A DNA stretch of 64,000 nt, from positions 608,001 to 672,000 of the forward strand of contig CAWGJT010000006.1 in assembly GCA_963822965.1 (NCBI GenBank), written 5' to 3'. Below the pieces are notes generated by a model, which saw only the letters and a list, made by a program, of their open reading frames with translations, was not told the DNA's origin and made no database searches. Both the position numbers and the translations under genes were made by a program. Shown here one piece after another: positions 46,310 through 57,215 of this stretch; within the stretch, counting starts at the first letter, position 1; each line of letters opens with the position of its first letter. The stretch comes from an uncultured delta proteobacterium. GTDB lineage: Bacteria; Myxococcota_A; UBA9160; UBA4427.

Positions 46310-47413
46310 ATGACCGCCGCCCCGTCCGTCGAAACCCTGACCCTGCCCGCCCGCCACCTGCGAGACTTCTCGCGAAGGGTCTTCGAGCACTTCGGCCTGC
46401 CCGACGAGGATGCGGCGCTCGCCGCGGACGTCCTGGCCCGCAGCGACCTGCGCGGCATCGACTCCCACGGTGTGGCGAGGCTGCGCACCTATCACGACAT
46501 GCTGGAATCCGGGCGCATCAACCCGCGCCCGCGCATCGCGATCATCCGCGAGAGCGCCTCCACCGCCACCGTCGACGGCGACAACGGCCTCGGGCTCGTG
46601 GTGGGGCCGCGCGCCAACCAGATCGCCCTCGACAAGGCGGGCGAGGCCGGCACGGGCTGGGTGAGCGTCTGCAACTCCAACCACTACGGCATCGCCGGCT
46701 ACTACGTCCTCGAAGCCCTGGCCCGGGATCTGATCGGCTGGTCCATGACCAACACCACGAGCCTGGTGGCGCCACTCTGGGGCGCCGAGCGGATGCTCGG
46801 AACCAACCCCATCGCCATCGGGTTTCCGGGCGACGAGGAGCCCGACATCGTGATCGACATGGCGACCTGCGCGGCCGCCTACGGAAAGATCGAGATCGCC
46901 CGGCGCAAGGGAGAGGCCCTGCCCGGCGGCTGGGCGATCGACGCCCTCGGCCGGGAGACGCTGGACCCGGAGGCGATGATCGAAGGCGGTGCGCTGCTGC
47001 CCCTGGGCAGCCGCCGCGAGCAGGGAGGCCACAAGGGCTACTGCCTGGCGGTGATGGTGGACGTCCTGTGCTGCGTGCTCTCCGGGGCGAACTGGGGCCC
47101 CTTCGCGCCGCCCTTCGCCCTGCGGCAACGGATCCCCGACCGCAGCGTCGGCAAGGGAATCGGCCACTTCTTCGGTGCCATGCGCATCGACGCCTTCATC
47201 GACGTCGGCGAGTTCAAGCGCCAGATCGACGAGTACGTGCGCACCCTGCGCGCCACGCGCCCGGCGCCCGACACGGACGGCCCGCTGGTGCCCGGCGACC
47301 CGGAGCGCGAGGCCGAGGCCGCCCGCACGGCCCTGGGCATTCCGCTGCTGATGCCCGTGGTCGAGGACCTGCGCGAGATCTCCCGCACGACGGGCATCCC
47401 CTTCGGCGCCTGA
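46310..47413 (+). CDS. Ldh_2 family (type 2 malate/L-lactate dehydrogenase-like) oxidoreductase
   Basis: LRGIDSHGV, DGDNGLG, SNHYG, LGTNPIA, GHKGY. Confidence 0.9.
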   Translation: MTAAPSVETLTLPARHLRDFSRRVFEHFGLPDEDAALAADVLARSDLRGIDSHGVARLRTYHDMLESGRINPRPRIAIIRESASTATVDGDNGLGLVVGPRANQIALDKAGEAGTGWVSVCNSNHYGIAGYYVLEALARDLIGWSMTNTTSLVAPLWGAERMLGTNPIAIGFPGDEEPDIVIDMATCAAAYGKIEIARRKGEALPGGWAIDALGRETLDPEAMIEGGALLPLGSRREQGGHKGYCLAVMVDVLCCVLSGANWGPFAPPFALRQRIPDRSVGKGIGHFFGAMRIDAFIDVGEFKRQIDEYVRTLRATRPAPDTDGPLVPGDPEREAEAARTALGIPLLMPVVEDLREISRTTGIPFGA

Positions 47414-47455
47414 CACGAGGCCCGGCGGGCCCAGGCCACCGGGACGACACGAGCG

Positions 47456-49861
47456 TCACGCGCCGCCGGCACCTGCGGCTGCACGCAGGGCCTCGATCAC
47501 CCCGCCCACCGACAGCAGCTCGGGCAGCACATCGGGCTCGTCGGGCGCGTCGGGCCGGTAGAGCAGGTACATGGGCACGCCCGCCTTGCCGTGGCTCGCG
47601 AGCACCTCGCGGATCCCCTCGTCGTAGAGCGTCCAGTCCGCCTTGAAGGTGGCGACGTCCAGCCGGTCGAGCTCCTGCTTCACGCGCTCGTCGTCGAACA
47701 CCACCTTCTCGTTCACCTTGCAGGTGATGCACCAGTCCGCGGTGAAGTCGACGAAGACGAGCCTTCCGCGGCGCAGCTCCCCCAGGACGGCGCCCGGGTC
47801 GTAGGCGCGCCAGGGTGCGTCGCTCGTCGGGACGGCGGCGTCCGCCGACGCGACTCCGACCCCGACCCCGGCGGCGGGCGGCCGGCCCGTGGGCTCGAGC
47901 GGCACGGCGGCGAGCCCCAACAGGGCGACGGCGCCGCAGGCGGCCGCGGTCGCGGCGACGAGACCCCGGCGACCGGACTCCTGCACGCTGCCGAAGATCC
48001 AGGCCAGGAAGCCCACGCCGACGAGGTAGGCCAGCAGGACCGCCTGGGCGTCGATCCCGACGCTGCGCCCCACCACCCACAGGAGCCACACCACGGTGGC
48101 GACCAGGGAGAATCCGAGCCCCGTGCGCACCCGCAGCATCCAGGCGCCGGGCCGGGGCACGATGCGCGACCACGCCGGAACCAGCGTGACCGCCGCGTAG
48201 GGTGCAGCCAGGCCTACGCCGATGGCCCCGAAGATCGCGAAGATGACCGGCGGCGGGCTCGCGAACGCGAACCCTACGGCGGTGCCGAGGAAGGGTGCGG
48301 TGCACGGCGTCGCCAACACGACCGCCAGCAGCCCCTCGAAGAAGCTGCGTCGCAGGCCGGTGGCCTCGGCGCCCAGGCGCGCGGCGCCCGCCGGCTGGAA
48401 GGTCACCTCGAACACGCCGAAGAGGTTCAGGGCGAAGACCACCAGCAGCGTGCAGATCGCGGCGACGAAGAGCGGCTCCTGGAACTGGAACCCCCAGCCC
48501 ACCGCGGTGCCCGCCGCGCGCAACGCGCTCACCAGGCCCGCGAGCAGCAGCATCGAGGAGAGGACGCCCGCGCTGTAGGCCGCCCCGTGCCCCGCGACCA
48601 CGCGCCGGCTCTGGTGGGCCAGCTCGGCCACGCGGAAGACCTTGAGCGCGAGGATGGGCAGCACGCAGGGCATCAGGTTCAGGATCAGTCCGCCGAGCAG
48701 GGCGAGTCCGATCGCGTAGACGAGCGACCCGGAGGGCCGCGGCGGCTCGAATCCGCCCGTGAGCGAGAGGAGCGGGCTCTCGAAGGTCGATACCTCGGCT
48801 CCCGCGGCGGCACGCGGCAGGGGAGCGTCCACCTCGACCCAGGTGCGGCCGTCCGCGAGGGAGAGGGGCACGAGCCCGCGGATCCGCTGCTCGACCGCTT
48901 CGGGCTCGTCGACAACCGCTTCGGGCCCATCGGAAACCGCCTGGGGCCCGTCGGAAACCGCCTGGGGCCCGTCGGAAACCGCCTGGGGCCCGTCGGAAAA
49001 GGCATGTCCCGCCAGGGCCAGCGCCAGGCCGTCTGCCTCGCGCTCGTACCCCACCACCTCGAGCTCGACCCCGGGCACCTCGTCCGGCACGAACGCCTCG
49101 TGGGGCGCGGCCGCCGCGAGACGCGCGCCCTGGCAGCCTTCGGTCGGATCGACGCAGCGAAGCACCAGGGCGGTGCGGAAGTCGTCCCCCGGCCGGATCG
49201 CACTCTGGGAGTGGATCGCCTCCACCTCCAGGCCGTAGCTGCGGGCGGACCTCGGAATCCGTCGCTCGAAGCGCGCGAAGAGCGAGTGCACCGACTCGGG
49301 GGCGGGAAGGCCCTTCTCCGTCACGTCGAGCACCCGGGAGAGAGAGATGCTTCCGGGGATGCAGCCGATGCGACAGGTCACGAAGTCGGCGGTGACCGCG
49401 ACCCGCGCGCGTCCCGGCTGGCGGGGCGCGACCACCGCCAGGCTCGTCAGCAGCACCTCGTCGCGATAGCCGTAGGTCGTCAGGAACCCGTCCGACTCCT
49501 GGAAGACCTCGGGCGCCGGCCAACGGATCGGGCCCACCTCGGCCTGCTCGAAGTTCCAGTCGAGGCGGGTGGGCAGGCCGGAGTCGCCGGCGTTGCGCCA
49601 GTAGACGTGCCAGCCCGGGTCCATCCGGAACAGGACGCCGACCCGCACGGTCTGCCCCGGACGCAGGGCCCCGGCGTCCACGAGCAGCTCGGCCTCGACC
49701 CGCGCATCTCCCGCGTCGTAGGCGTCGGCGCCACGGGACGGATCCCCGGCGTGCGCGCTCCCCGCCGCCAGCAGCGAGACGAGGAGCAGCGGGGCCAGCA
49801 GGAGCCCGGCGCCGCCGCAGAGCCGGCACGCGCCGCTCCGAATGCTCCGGATTCGCTCCAT
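47456..49861 (-). CDS. dsbD: Thiol:disulfide interchange protein, DsbD family
   Basis: GWHVYWRNAGDSG and CRIGC (alpha), NLMPCVLP and ATPCTAP (beta TM), FTADWCITCK (thioredoxin gamma). Confidence 0.9.
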   Translation of the reverse strand: MERIRSIRSGACRLCGGAGLLLAPLLLVSLLAAGSAHAGDPSRGADAYDAGDARVEAELLVDAGALRPGQTVRVGVLFRMDPGWHVYWRNAGDSGLPTRLDWNFEQAEVGPIRWPAPEVFQESDGFLTTYGYRDEVLLTSLAVVAPRQPGRARVAVTADFVTCRIGCIPGSISLSRVLDVTEKGLPAPESVHSLFARFERRIPRSARSYGLEVEAIHSQSAIRPGDDFRTALVLRCVDPTEGCQGARLAAAAPHEAFVPDEVPGVELEVVGYEREADGLALALAGHAFSDGPQAVSDGPQAVSDGPQAVSDGPEAVVDEPEAVEQRIRGLVPLSLADGRTWVEVDAPLPRAAAGAEVSTFESPLLSLTGGFEPPRPSGSLVYAIGLALLGGLILNLMPCVLPILALKVFRVAELAHQSRRVVAGHGAAYSAGVLSSMLLLAGLVSALRAAGTAVGWGFQFQEPLFVAAICTLLVVFALNLFGVFEVTFQPAGAARLGAEATGLRRSFFEGLLAVVLATPCTAPFLGTAVGFAFASPPPVIFAIFGAIGVGLAAPYAAVTLVPAWSRIVPRPGAWMLRVRTGLGFSLVATVVWLLWVVGRSVGIDAQAVLLAYLVGVGFLAWIFGSVQESGRRGLVAATAAACGAVALLGLAAVPLEPTGRPPAAGVGVGVASADAAVPTSDAPWRAYDPGAVLGELRRGRLVFVDFTADWCITCKVNEKVVFDDERVKQELDRLDVATFKADWTLYDEGIREVLASHGKAGVPMYLLYRPDAPDEPDVLPELLSVGGVIEALRAAAGAGGA
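48894..48998. repeat. 21-bp in-frame tandem repeat x5 inside dsbD (SDGPQAV-type heptads)
   Basis: ACCGCCTGGGGCCCGTCGGAA exact x3 (48936-48998) plus two degenerate units at 48894 and 48915. Confidence 0.93.
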
Positions 49862-50063
49862 CGTCCCCCCATGCTGCGGCGCCGGATTCCGCCTCTCGCA
49901 GCGCCGCAGCCCGCAGTCTAATCCACCCGCGCTGGGCGACCCGAAGCGGGGCGGTCGAACGCGGCCGGCCCCGTGGGGCGACCCCGCGCAACCCAAGCTA
50001 CGAGGCTCGCCGGTTCGGGGTAACGTGAAATCGTCGGGTGGGGTCGCGAGAGGAGGTCGGTCC

Positions 50064-51765
50064 ATGAGCGCGAGCGCAGCCAGGCAGCCGTCGGCGCACC
50101 CGCGTGCCCGGCGGCTCGGCCTGCTGGCGTGCCTGCTCGCACTCGCCCTCGGATGCAGCGAGGCGGATCGGGCGAGCCTGCTGGCGCGATTCGGAAGCCC
50201 GGACGCCCAGTACCGCGCGGGGGTGCTGCTGCTCTCCAGCGATCCCCAGGCCGCGATCCGCTGGCTCGAGCGGGCTTCGCAGCAGGGTCGCGTCGATGCC
50301 ACCCTCGAGCTGATCGAGATCCGTTCCGGCCGGCGCGGCCTGCCCGCTGACGAAGAGGAGGCCACCCGTCTGTACGCCCGCGCGATCGAGCAGGGCGACG
50401 AGGCGGCGCGCGTGGTCCTGGCGCGTCGCTACGCCGAGGGAATCGGCACACCGGTGAACCACGGCCGCGCCGCCGCGCTCTTCGAGGCGGCCGCGGACGC
50501 CGGCGACCCCGAGGCCCAGTACGAGCTGGGCAAGCTGTATACGAGCAACGTGAGGGGCGTCTTCTCCAATCCTCGCAAGGCCCGCGAGCGCTTCCTGCAG
50601 GCAGCCGAGCAGGGCCATGCCGACGCGATGAACTACCTCGGGACCCTCTACTTCACCGGGTGGGGCGTGGCGCCGGACCCCGCCAAGGGACGCGAGTGGC
50701 TCCTCAAGGCCGCCGCGCTCGACCACGCGCCCTCGGAGCGGAACCTGTACGTGATCTACCTCGAGGGTCAGGGCGTCGAGAAGGACGAGGCCGAGGCGCG
50801 CAAGTGGCTGCTGCGCGCCGCCGAGCACGGCAGCCCGGAGGCGACCCTGGAGCTCGCCCGCTACTACGAGACCGGCGGGCTCTTCCACAAGGATCGCGCC
50901 GAGGCCCTCCGCTGGTACACGGAAGCGGCCCGCCAGGGCGATCGCGACGCGATGTTCGAGCTCTGCCAGCTCGGATCCGGGTCCCCCGACGATGGCGAGT
51001 CGAAGCCATCGGCGGAGCCGCCCGGCAAGGAGGTGCTCGACTGGTGCCGGCGGGCCGCCGAGGCGAACCTGCCCGGAGCCCAGTTCGCCTACGCCCGGCG
51101 CTATCTGACCGGGGACGGTGTCCTGCGAAACCCGCGCATGGCGGCGCGCTGGCTCGCCCGCGCCGCGGACAACGGCCACGTGGAGGCCGCCCGCCAGCTG
51201 GGCATGATGATGCTCCAGGGAACGGACGTTCCCCGAGACGCGGAAGGAGCCTTCCGTCGCCTGCGGATGGCGGCGGAGGCCGACGACGCCCAGGCGAAGC
51301 TCGCCGCTGGCCGCCATGTACCACGACGGTGTCGGGGTCGCGAAGAGCGCCGCCCAGGCCTTCGAGTGGATCCTGTCGGCCGCCGAGCAGGGGAACGCCC
51401 AGGGGCAGTTCGTGGCGGGCTGGGCCTACGACATCGGCGACGGCACGAAGCGCGACCGCGAGCGCATGCTGCACTGGTACCGGGAGGCCGAAGCGCAGGG
51501 CGTGCCCCAGGCACGGCTTCGTCTCGGCATCGTCTACGCGCTCGGCAGGGGGGGCGTCGCGAAGCGGCCCGAGGACGCGCACTACTATCTCAGCAGCGCC
51601 CTCCGAAGCGGCATCGAGGAGGCCCGGGAGCCCCTGGCCTCCCTCGAGAAGGAAATGGACGCGACCACGCTCTCGCGCTTGCGCAAGCGTACCGAGGCCC
51701 GATTGCGAAACGAGCGGCCGGCTCCCAGTCAGCCCGCCGCAAAACCCGAGAAGGAGACGTCTTGA
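50064..51765 (+). CDS. Sel1-like repeat lipoprotein, interrupted by a frameshift near 51306
   Basis: AGGAGG RBS, lipobox ALGC, many A..G...AQ..LG..Y..G repeats continuing in the 51316..51765 frame. Confidence 0.82.
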
Positions 51766-52181
51766 AGTACCTGCACACGATGGTCCGGGTGAGCGACCTG
51801 GACGCGTCCCTCGACTTCTACTGCGGCAAGCTCGGCCTCGAGCAGCTGAACCGGGTGGACGTCGAGGCCGGACGCTTCAGCCTCATCTTCCTGGCGGCGC
51901 CCGGCGACTCGACGGCCCAGGTGGAGCTGACCTGGAACTGGGACGAGAAGGGCTACCCGGGCGGCCGCAACTTCGGCCACCTGGCCTACAGCGTGGACGA
52001 CATCTACGCGGCCTGTCGTCGCCTGATGGACGGCGGCGTGGTGATCAACCGGCCACCGCGGGACGGCCACATGGCCTTCGTGCGCTCGCCGGACGGCATC
52101 TCCATCGAGCTGCTGCAGGCGGGCAAGCCCCTCGACCCCGCCGAGCCGTGGGCCTCGATGCCCAACACCGGCGAGTGGTAG
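51762..52181 (+). CDS. gloA: Lactoylglutathione lyase (glyoxalase I)/VOC family
   Basis: YLHTMVRV.DLD.SL.FY, ELTWNWD, GRNFGHLA, RSPDGISIELLQ; AAGGAG RBS, TTG start. Confidence 0.85.
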   Translation: MKYLHTMVRVSDLDASLDFYCGKLGLEQLNRVDVEAGRFSLIFLAAPGDSTAQVELTWNWDEKGYPGGRNFGHLAYSVDDIYAACRRLMDGGVVINRPPRDGHMAFVRSPDGISIELLQAGKPLDPAEPWASMPNTGEW

Positions 52182-52292
52182 CGGGCGCGGCCGGCGGAGC
52201 GCGGGAGGACGGCGGTCCGCGCCGGGAGCGTCATCTCCGGCGTCGGGTCGCTCCGCCGGTGCGTCAGGACGTCCGCGCGGGAGCGCGTCGGA

Positions 52293-52970
52293 TCAGAAAG
52301 GAGACACCCCGAAGAGTATCGGGTGGACGAAGAGGAACGCGCCGTAGAGCACCGCGCCCAGGGCCACGCGCCACGCGCCCAGCTCGCCCAGCGCCAGGTG
52401 GTTGCGACCGGCGGCGATCGCCGCGAAGGGGAAGCTCGACGTCACCCGCGCGAAGCGATCCCAGCGCTCGCCGTAGCGACGCCTGCGTTTCGCGTCGATG
52501 GAGAACGGGCCCACGAGAGCCAACAGCAGGAAGGACCCGAAGAAGAGGAGCGCGGGCGGATCGGGATTCACCAGGAAGTGACACAGACCCCACAGCGTGA
52601 CACCCCACAGGAAGGGGTGGCGGGTGATGCGCAGGATGCCCCGGGCGGGCTGCTCGGCGTCGAGGGCGCCCTCCCCGCCCGTGGCGGTGGGGGACGGCGT
52701 GGTGAGACCGATCGCCACCAGCTGGAACGCGACGAACATCACCACCAGCACGATCGGGCGCAGGGCCGCACCGCTCCACAGGGGCGCGGCGGGCGCCGTG
52801 CCCGCCCAGGCCGCGCACAGCCACACGATGCCGGCGAGGGACAGGAGGGAGAAGAGCCCGAGATAGGCGCGCTCGCCCAGACGCGCCACGAGACGATCCC
52901 GCAGCGAGGTGCCCGCCACGAAGAGGTGGATGCCGACGAAGAAGGCTCCGGCCAGGACGATGGAGCTCAT
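52293..52970 (-). CDS. NnrU family membrane protein
   Basis: FFVGIH, LR.RL..RLGE.AY.GLFSL, ITRHPFLWG, TS..PF.AI..GR. Confidence 0.85.
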   Translation of the reverse strand: MSSIVLAGAFFVGIHLFVAGTSLRDRLVARLGERAYLGLFSLLSLAGIVWLCAAWAGTAPAAPLWSGAALRPIVLVVMFVAFQLVAIGLTTPSPTATGGEGALDAEQPARGILRITRHPFLWGVTLWGLCHFLVNPDPPALLFFGSFLLLALVGPFSIDAKRRRRYGERWDRFARVTSSFPFAAIAAGRNHLALGELGAWRVALGAVLYGAFLFVHPILFGVSPF

Positions 52971-53109
52971 GCGCGCGCCCTCCCGGCGTCTGCCCCCAGC
53001 ACGGCGGGAACATAACGAACGGCGGCAAGGCGCGCGTCCTCGGCGGATCTCGCTTCACCCGAGCGGCCCCGAAGAGTCGGGCTCGCCGCGGACGAACACC
53101 GTGGATCGC

Positions 53110-55926
53110 TCAGCGGGCGGCGCTGCGCTTGCGGGAGACGCCGGCCTTGGAGGCCTTGGGAGCCTTCTTGCGCCCGCCGCTCTTCTTCTTGGGACCGGAC
53201 TTCGCCGCCGCCTTCTTGGCGGACGACCGCTTGGCGGCCTTCTTCTTCGTGGCCTTCTTGCGGCCACCGCCCTTGCCGCCGCCGGACGCCTTCTTCTCCG
53301 GGATCTCCTCGACCCACTTGCCGTCGGTGTAGAAGGCGCGCCAGCCGGTGGCCTTGCCGTCCACCTCGGTCATCACGTACTGCTCGCGCGTCTTCCGCTG
53401 GAAGCGGATGGTGGCCTTGTTGCCCTCGCGATCCGTCCGGGGGGCCCGCGTGAGGTACTCGAACTTCGGGTCGAGCTGGTCCTTCACCGCCAGCACGTCG
53501 TCCACCAGCGGCGCGCGGGTCTCCCGGTGTTTGGGAAACTGGCTCGCGGCGAGGAAGATGCCCGCGGCGCCGTCGCGCAGCAGGAAGAAGTCGTCACACG
53601 TCTCGCAGCGCAGGTGCGGCATCGGGATCGGGTCGGCCTTCGGCGGGGCCGGCTCGCCGCTGCGAAGCAGCTTGCGCGTGTTCTTGCAGCCCTCGGCCGT
53701 ACAGCCGAAGTACTTGCCGAAGCGACCCGTCTTGAGCTGCATGTCGGCGCCGCACTTGTCGCACTCGAGCACGGGGCCGTCGTACCCCTTGATGACGAAT
53801 TCGCCGCGTTCCACCTCGAAGCCGGGGCAATCGGGGTTGTTGCCGCACACGTGCAGCCTGCGCTTCTCGTCGATCAGGTAGCTGTCCATCACCGTCTCGC
53901 AGAGGGGACAGTGGCGGCGCTTGAGGAGGAGCTTGGATTCCGCCTCCTCGTCCTCCCCCACGGCGACGGCCTCTTCGCCCGGGATCAGGTTGATGGTGCA
54001 CTTGCAGCGTTCCTTGGGCGGCAGCGCGTAGCCGGAGCAGCCCAGGAAGACGCCCGTGCTCGCCGTGCGGATCTGCATCGGGCGGCCGCACTCGGGGCAG
54101 GGAATGTCCGTGTCCGTCGGCTCGTTGGGCCGCATGCCCTTCTCGCCCCCGGCCTCTTCGAGCTGGTTGCGGAAGTCCCGGTAGAAGTCGTCGAGCACCT
54201 TCTTCCAGTCCGCCTCGCCGGTGGCGATGCGATCGAGCGCCTGCTCCATCTGTGCGGTGAAGCCGTAGTCGAGCAGCTCCTCGAAGTTCTCCACCAGCCG
54301 CTCGGTGACGATGTCGCCCATCTTCTCGGCGTAGAATCGGCGGTTCTCGACGCGCGCGTAGCCCCGGTCCTGGATCGTCGAGATGATCGACGCGTAGGTG
54401 GAGGGACGGCCGATGCCCCGCTTCTCGAGCTCCTTCACCAGGCTCGCTTCGCTGAAGCGCGGCGGCGGCTTGGTGAAGTGCTGGCTCGGCTCGAGCTCCA
54501 CGAGGGTCAGGACGTCGCCGACGTTCACGTCCGGCAGGGCCGTGTCGCCCTGACCGTTCTTGGCGGGGGGCTGCACCCGGGTGAAGCCGTCGAACTGCAG
54601 GATGCGGCCGCGCGTGCGCAGCTCGAAGTCGCCGGCGTGCACCGCGATGGTCGTGCTCAGGTACTCGGCCGGCGGCATCTGGCACGCCACGAACTGGCGC
54701 CACACGAGCTCGTAGAGGCGCTCCTGGTCGCGTTCGAGACCGGAGAGCGTGCCCGGGGCCGCCGCCACGTCCGTCGGCCGGATGGCCTCGTGGGCCTCCT
54801 GAGCGCCCTCCTGGCTGGCGTAGGAGATGGGCTGCTCGGGCCGGTAGCGCTCCCCGAACTCCGACAGGATGTAGTCGCGACAGCCCTGGACCGCCTCGGC
54901 GCTCAGGTTCGTCGAGTCGGTCCGCATGTAGGTGATGTGACCCGCTTCGTAGAGGCGCTGGGCGAGCATCATCGTCTTCTTGACGCTGAACGAGAGCCGG
55001 GTGCTGGCGGCCTGCTGCAGGGTCGACGTGATGTAGGGCGCACCCGGTCGCGTACGGGTGGGCTTGTCCTCGCGCTTGACCACCGCCAAGGACGCGCGTT
55101 CCAGGCGCGCCAGCGCGGCGTTCGTCTGCTCTTCGTGGGTGGGCCGGAAGCTCTCCTCCCCCTCCTTCATCACCTGCAGGCGAAGGTGCTCGCCGCCCTT
55201 CTCCCGGGCGGTGGCCGTGTCCGCGTAGACCTCCCAGTACTCCTCGGGATGGAAGGCGCGGATCTCCCGCTCGCGCTCCACCAGCAGCCGCACGGCCACG
55301 GACTGCACGCGGCCGGCGGAGAGACCCCGGGCGACCTTCGACCAGAGGAGCGGCGAGAGCATGTAGCCCACCACCCGGTCCAGGAAGCGACGCGCCTGCT
55401 GGGCGTTCACCCGGCTCTCGTCGATGGACCCGGGCTCTTCGAAGGCGGCCTGGATGGCCGACTTCGTGATCTCGTTGAAGACGACCCGCCGATAGCGGTC
55501 GTCGTCGCCGCCGATCACCTCGCGCAGGTGCCAGGCGATGGCCTCCCCCTCGCGATCGAGATCGGTGGCCAGGTAGATGGCGTCGGCGTTCCGGGCGAGC
55601 TTCACGAGCTCCGCGAGCACCTTCTCCTTGCCCGGCAGGATCTCGTAGTGGGCCTCCCAGCCGTGATCGGGGTCGATTCCCATCCGCGCGATCAGGGCCT
55701 TGCGGGCCTGCTTTTTCTTGTGGATCGCCCGCTTGGCGGGGGGCAGCTTGCGGGTGAAGGCCGCGGCCTCGGCCCGGGCCTTGGGATCCACCTGCTTGCC
55801 GGACCCGCTGACGGGCAGATCGCGCACGTGCCCGACGCTGGACTTCACGACGAAGTCCTTTCCCAGGTACTTGTTGATGGTGCGAGCCTTCGCGGGAGAC
55901 TCGACGATCACCAGTGACTTGCCCAT
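53110..55926 (-). CDS. topA: DNA topoisomerase I with Zn-ribbons and Lys-rich tail
   Basis: [39 protein letters not shown] (catalytic Tyr), GIGRPSTY, C4 Zn ribbons. Confidence 0.97.
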   Translation of the reverse strand: MGKSLVIVESPAKARTINKYLGKDFVVKSSVGHVRDLPVSGSGKQVDPKARAEAAAFTRKLPPAKRAIHKKKQARKALIARMGIDPDHGWEAHYEILPGKEKVLAELVKLARNADAIYLATDLDREGEAIAWHLREVIGGDDDRYRRVVFNEITKSAIQAAFEEPGSIDESRVNAQQARRFLDRVVGYMLSPLLWSKVARGLSAGRVQSVAVRLLVEREREIRAFHPEEYWEVYADTATAREKGGEHLRLQVMKEGEESFRPTHEEQTNAALARLERASLAVVKREDKPTRTRPGAPYITSTLQQAASTRLSFSVKKTMMLAQRLYEAGHITYMRTDSTNLSAEAVQGCRDYILSEFGERYRPEQPISYASQEGAQEAHEAIRPTDVAAAPGTLSGLERDQERLYELVWRQFVACQMPPAEYLSTTIAVHAGDFELRTRGRILQFDGFTRVQPPAKNGQGDTALPDVNVGDVLTLVELEPSQHFTKPPPRFSEASLVKELEKRGIGRPSTYASIISTIQDRGYARVENRRFYAEKMGDIVTERLVENFEELLDYGFTAQMEQALDRIATGEADWKKVLDDFYRDFRNQLEEAGGEKGMRPNEPTDTDIPCPECGRPMQIRTASTGVFLGCSGYALPPKERCKCTINLIPGEEAVAVGEDEEAESKLLLKRRHCPLCETVMDSYLIDEKRRLHVCGNNPDCPGFEVERGEFVIKGYDGPVLECDKCGADMQLKTGRFGKYFGCTAEGCKNTRKLLRSGEPAPPKADPIPMPHLRCETCDDFFLLRDGAAGIFLAASQFPKHRETRAPLVDDVLAVKDQLDPKFEYLTRAPRTDREGNKATIRFQRKTREQYVMTEVDGKATGWRAFYTDGKWVEEIPEKKASGGGKGGGRKKATKKKAAKRSSAKKAAAKSGPKKKSGGRKKAPKASKAGVSRKRSAAR

Positions 55927-56240
55927 GCGACTCCTACTAGCGACAACGCGGCGCCGAACCATAACCAAAATCTGGAGATGCCAAGGAAGACGATCTGGCG
56001 CCACTTTTCGTTCCCATGGGGAAGCAACGGGCCTGAAAACCCACAAACACGAGCTCGCAGATCCGAGCCACTCCTCATCGTCGACGCCCGTGGGAATCAG
56101 AGTGCGGGCGTCACACCACATTCTTCGTCGACGTTCCGGCGGGGCGACCTCGACCGGGACGGCGCGCCCACCCCGAATCCACGGCCCCAGGCCCCCGCAG
56201 GTCTGCGACACTCCCCGCACGAACCGATCGGGGGACCCCC

Positions 56241-57215
56241 ATGGCGAAGATCCTCGGCAACCTCGTCCCGGAGGACGACTACACCCACCCGCTCGGCCCC
56301 GAGCCGAACTTCAACGAGAGCATGTACTTCAACTTCTTCGATCCGAAGCAGTCGATCGGCGGCTTCATCCGGATCGGCAACCGCGCGAACGAGGGACGCG
56401 CGGAGGTGACGGTCACGGTCTACCTGAAGGACGGCCGGGTGCTCTTCACCTTCAAGCGTGCCCCCATCGAGCACAACGACGCCTTCGACGCCGGCGGGGC
56501 GCGCTTCGACGTGATCGAGCCGACCCAGAAGCTGCGCACCGTCTACGAGGGCTCGGTGCTCGACCTGGCGGAGCCGCGCCGGATGACCGATCCGCGCAAG
56601 GCCTTCGAAGAGAGCCCGAAGCGCCGCATCCGTCTCGACCTGGTCTACGACGCGGTGGGACCGATGTACGGCAGCGCCGGCGACGAGCACGAGTCGAAGC
56701 GCAGCGCGGACGAGCAGTTCGCCAAGGCGCACTACGAGCAGCACATGGCGGTGTCGGGCGACCTGCACCTCGACGGCGAGACCCTCCACATCGAGGGATA
56801 CGGCCTGCGCGACCATTCCTGGGGACCGCGCTACTGGCAGGCCATCGACGGCTACGAGTGGCTCACCATGAACTTCGGTCCCGACCTCGGCGCGATGGTG
56901 TCGGTGATCCGGCGTGGACCCGGCGAAGCCCGGACGGGCGGCGTGGTCGTCCGCGACGGCGCGCTGGAAGCGATCCGGAACGCCGAGGTGAGCGCCGACT
57001 ACGAGGAGAACGGCCTCTACCACCGCACGGTCACGGCCCGGATCGAGACCGCGTCCGGCGAGAAGCACGTCATCCAGGGCGAGGTCAAGGGCTTCATTCC
57101 CCTCCGCAACCGGCGCGAGGGACTCGTCACCCACATCGGCGAGGGCATGACCGAGTGGCGGTGGGGCGATCGCACGGGCTACGGGCTCTCGGAGTTCCTG
57201 AAGCAGGTCGAGTGA
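56241..57215 (+). CDS. Conserved hypothetical beta-rich protein (tocopherol cyclase/lipocalin-like fold suspected)
   Basis: [30 protein letters not shown]; strong coding bias. Confidence 0.72.
   Translation: MAKILGNLVPEDDYTHPLGPEPNFNESMYFNFFDPKQSIGGFIRIGNRANEGRAEVTVTVYLKDGRVLFTFKRAPIEHNDAFDAGGARFDVIEPTQKLRTVYEGSVLDLAEPRRMTDPRKAFEESPKRRIRLDLVYDAVGPMYGSAGDEHESKRSADEQFAKAHYEQHMAVSGDLHLDGETLHIEGYGLRDHSWGPRYWQAIDGYEWLTMNFGPDLGAMVSVIRRGPGEARTGGVVVRDGALEAIRNAEVSADYEENGLYHRTVTARIETASGEKHVIQGEVKGFIPLRNRREGLVTHIGEGMTEWRWGDRTGYGLSEFLKQVE

Noticed and set aside
49842..52181. 779-aa Sel1-GloA fusion
   Set aside because: Explained by a +1 frameshift near 51306; gloA has its own RBS and TTG start.
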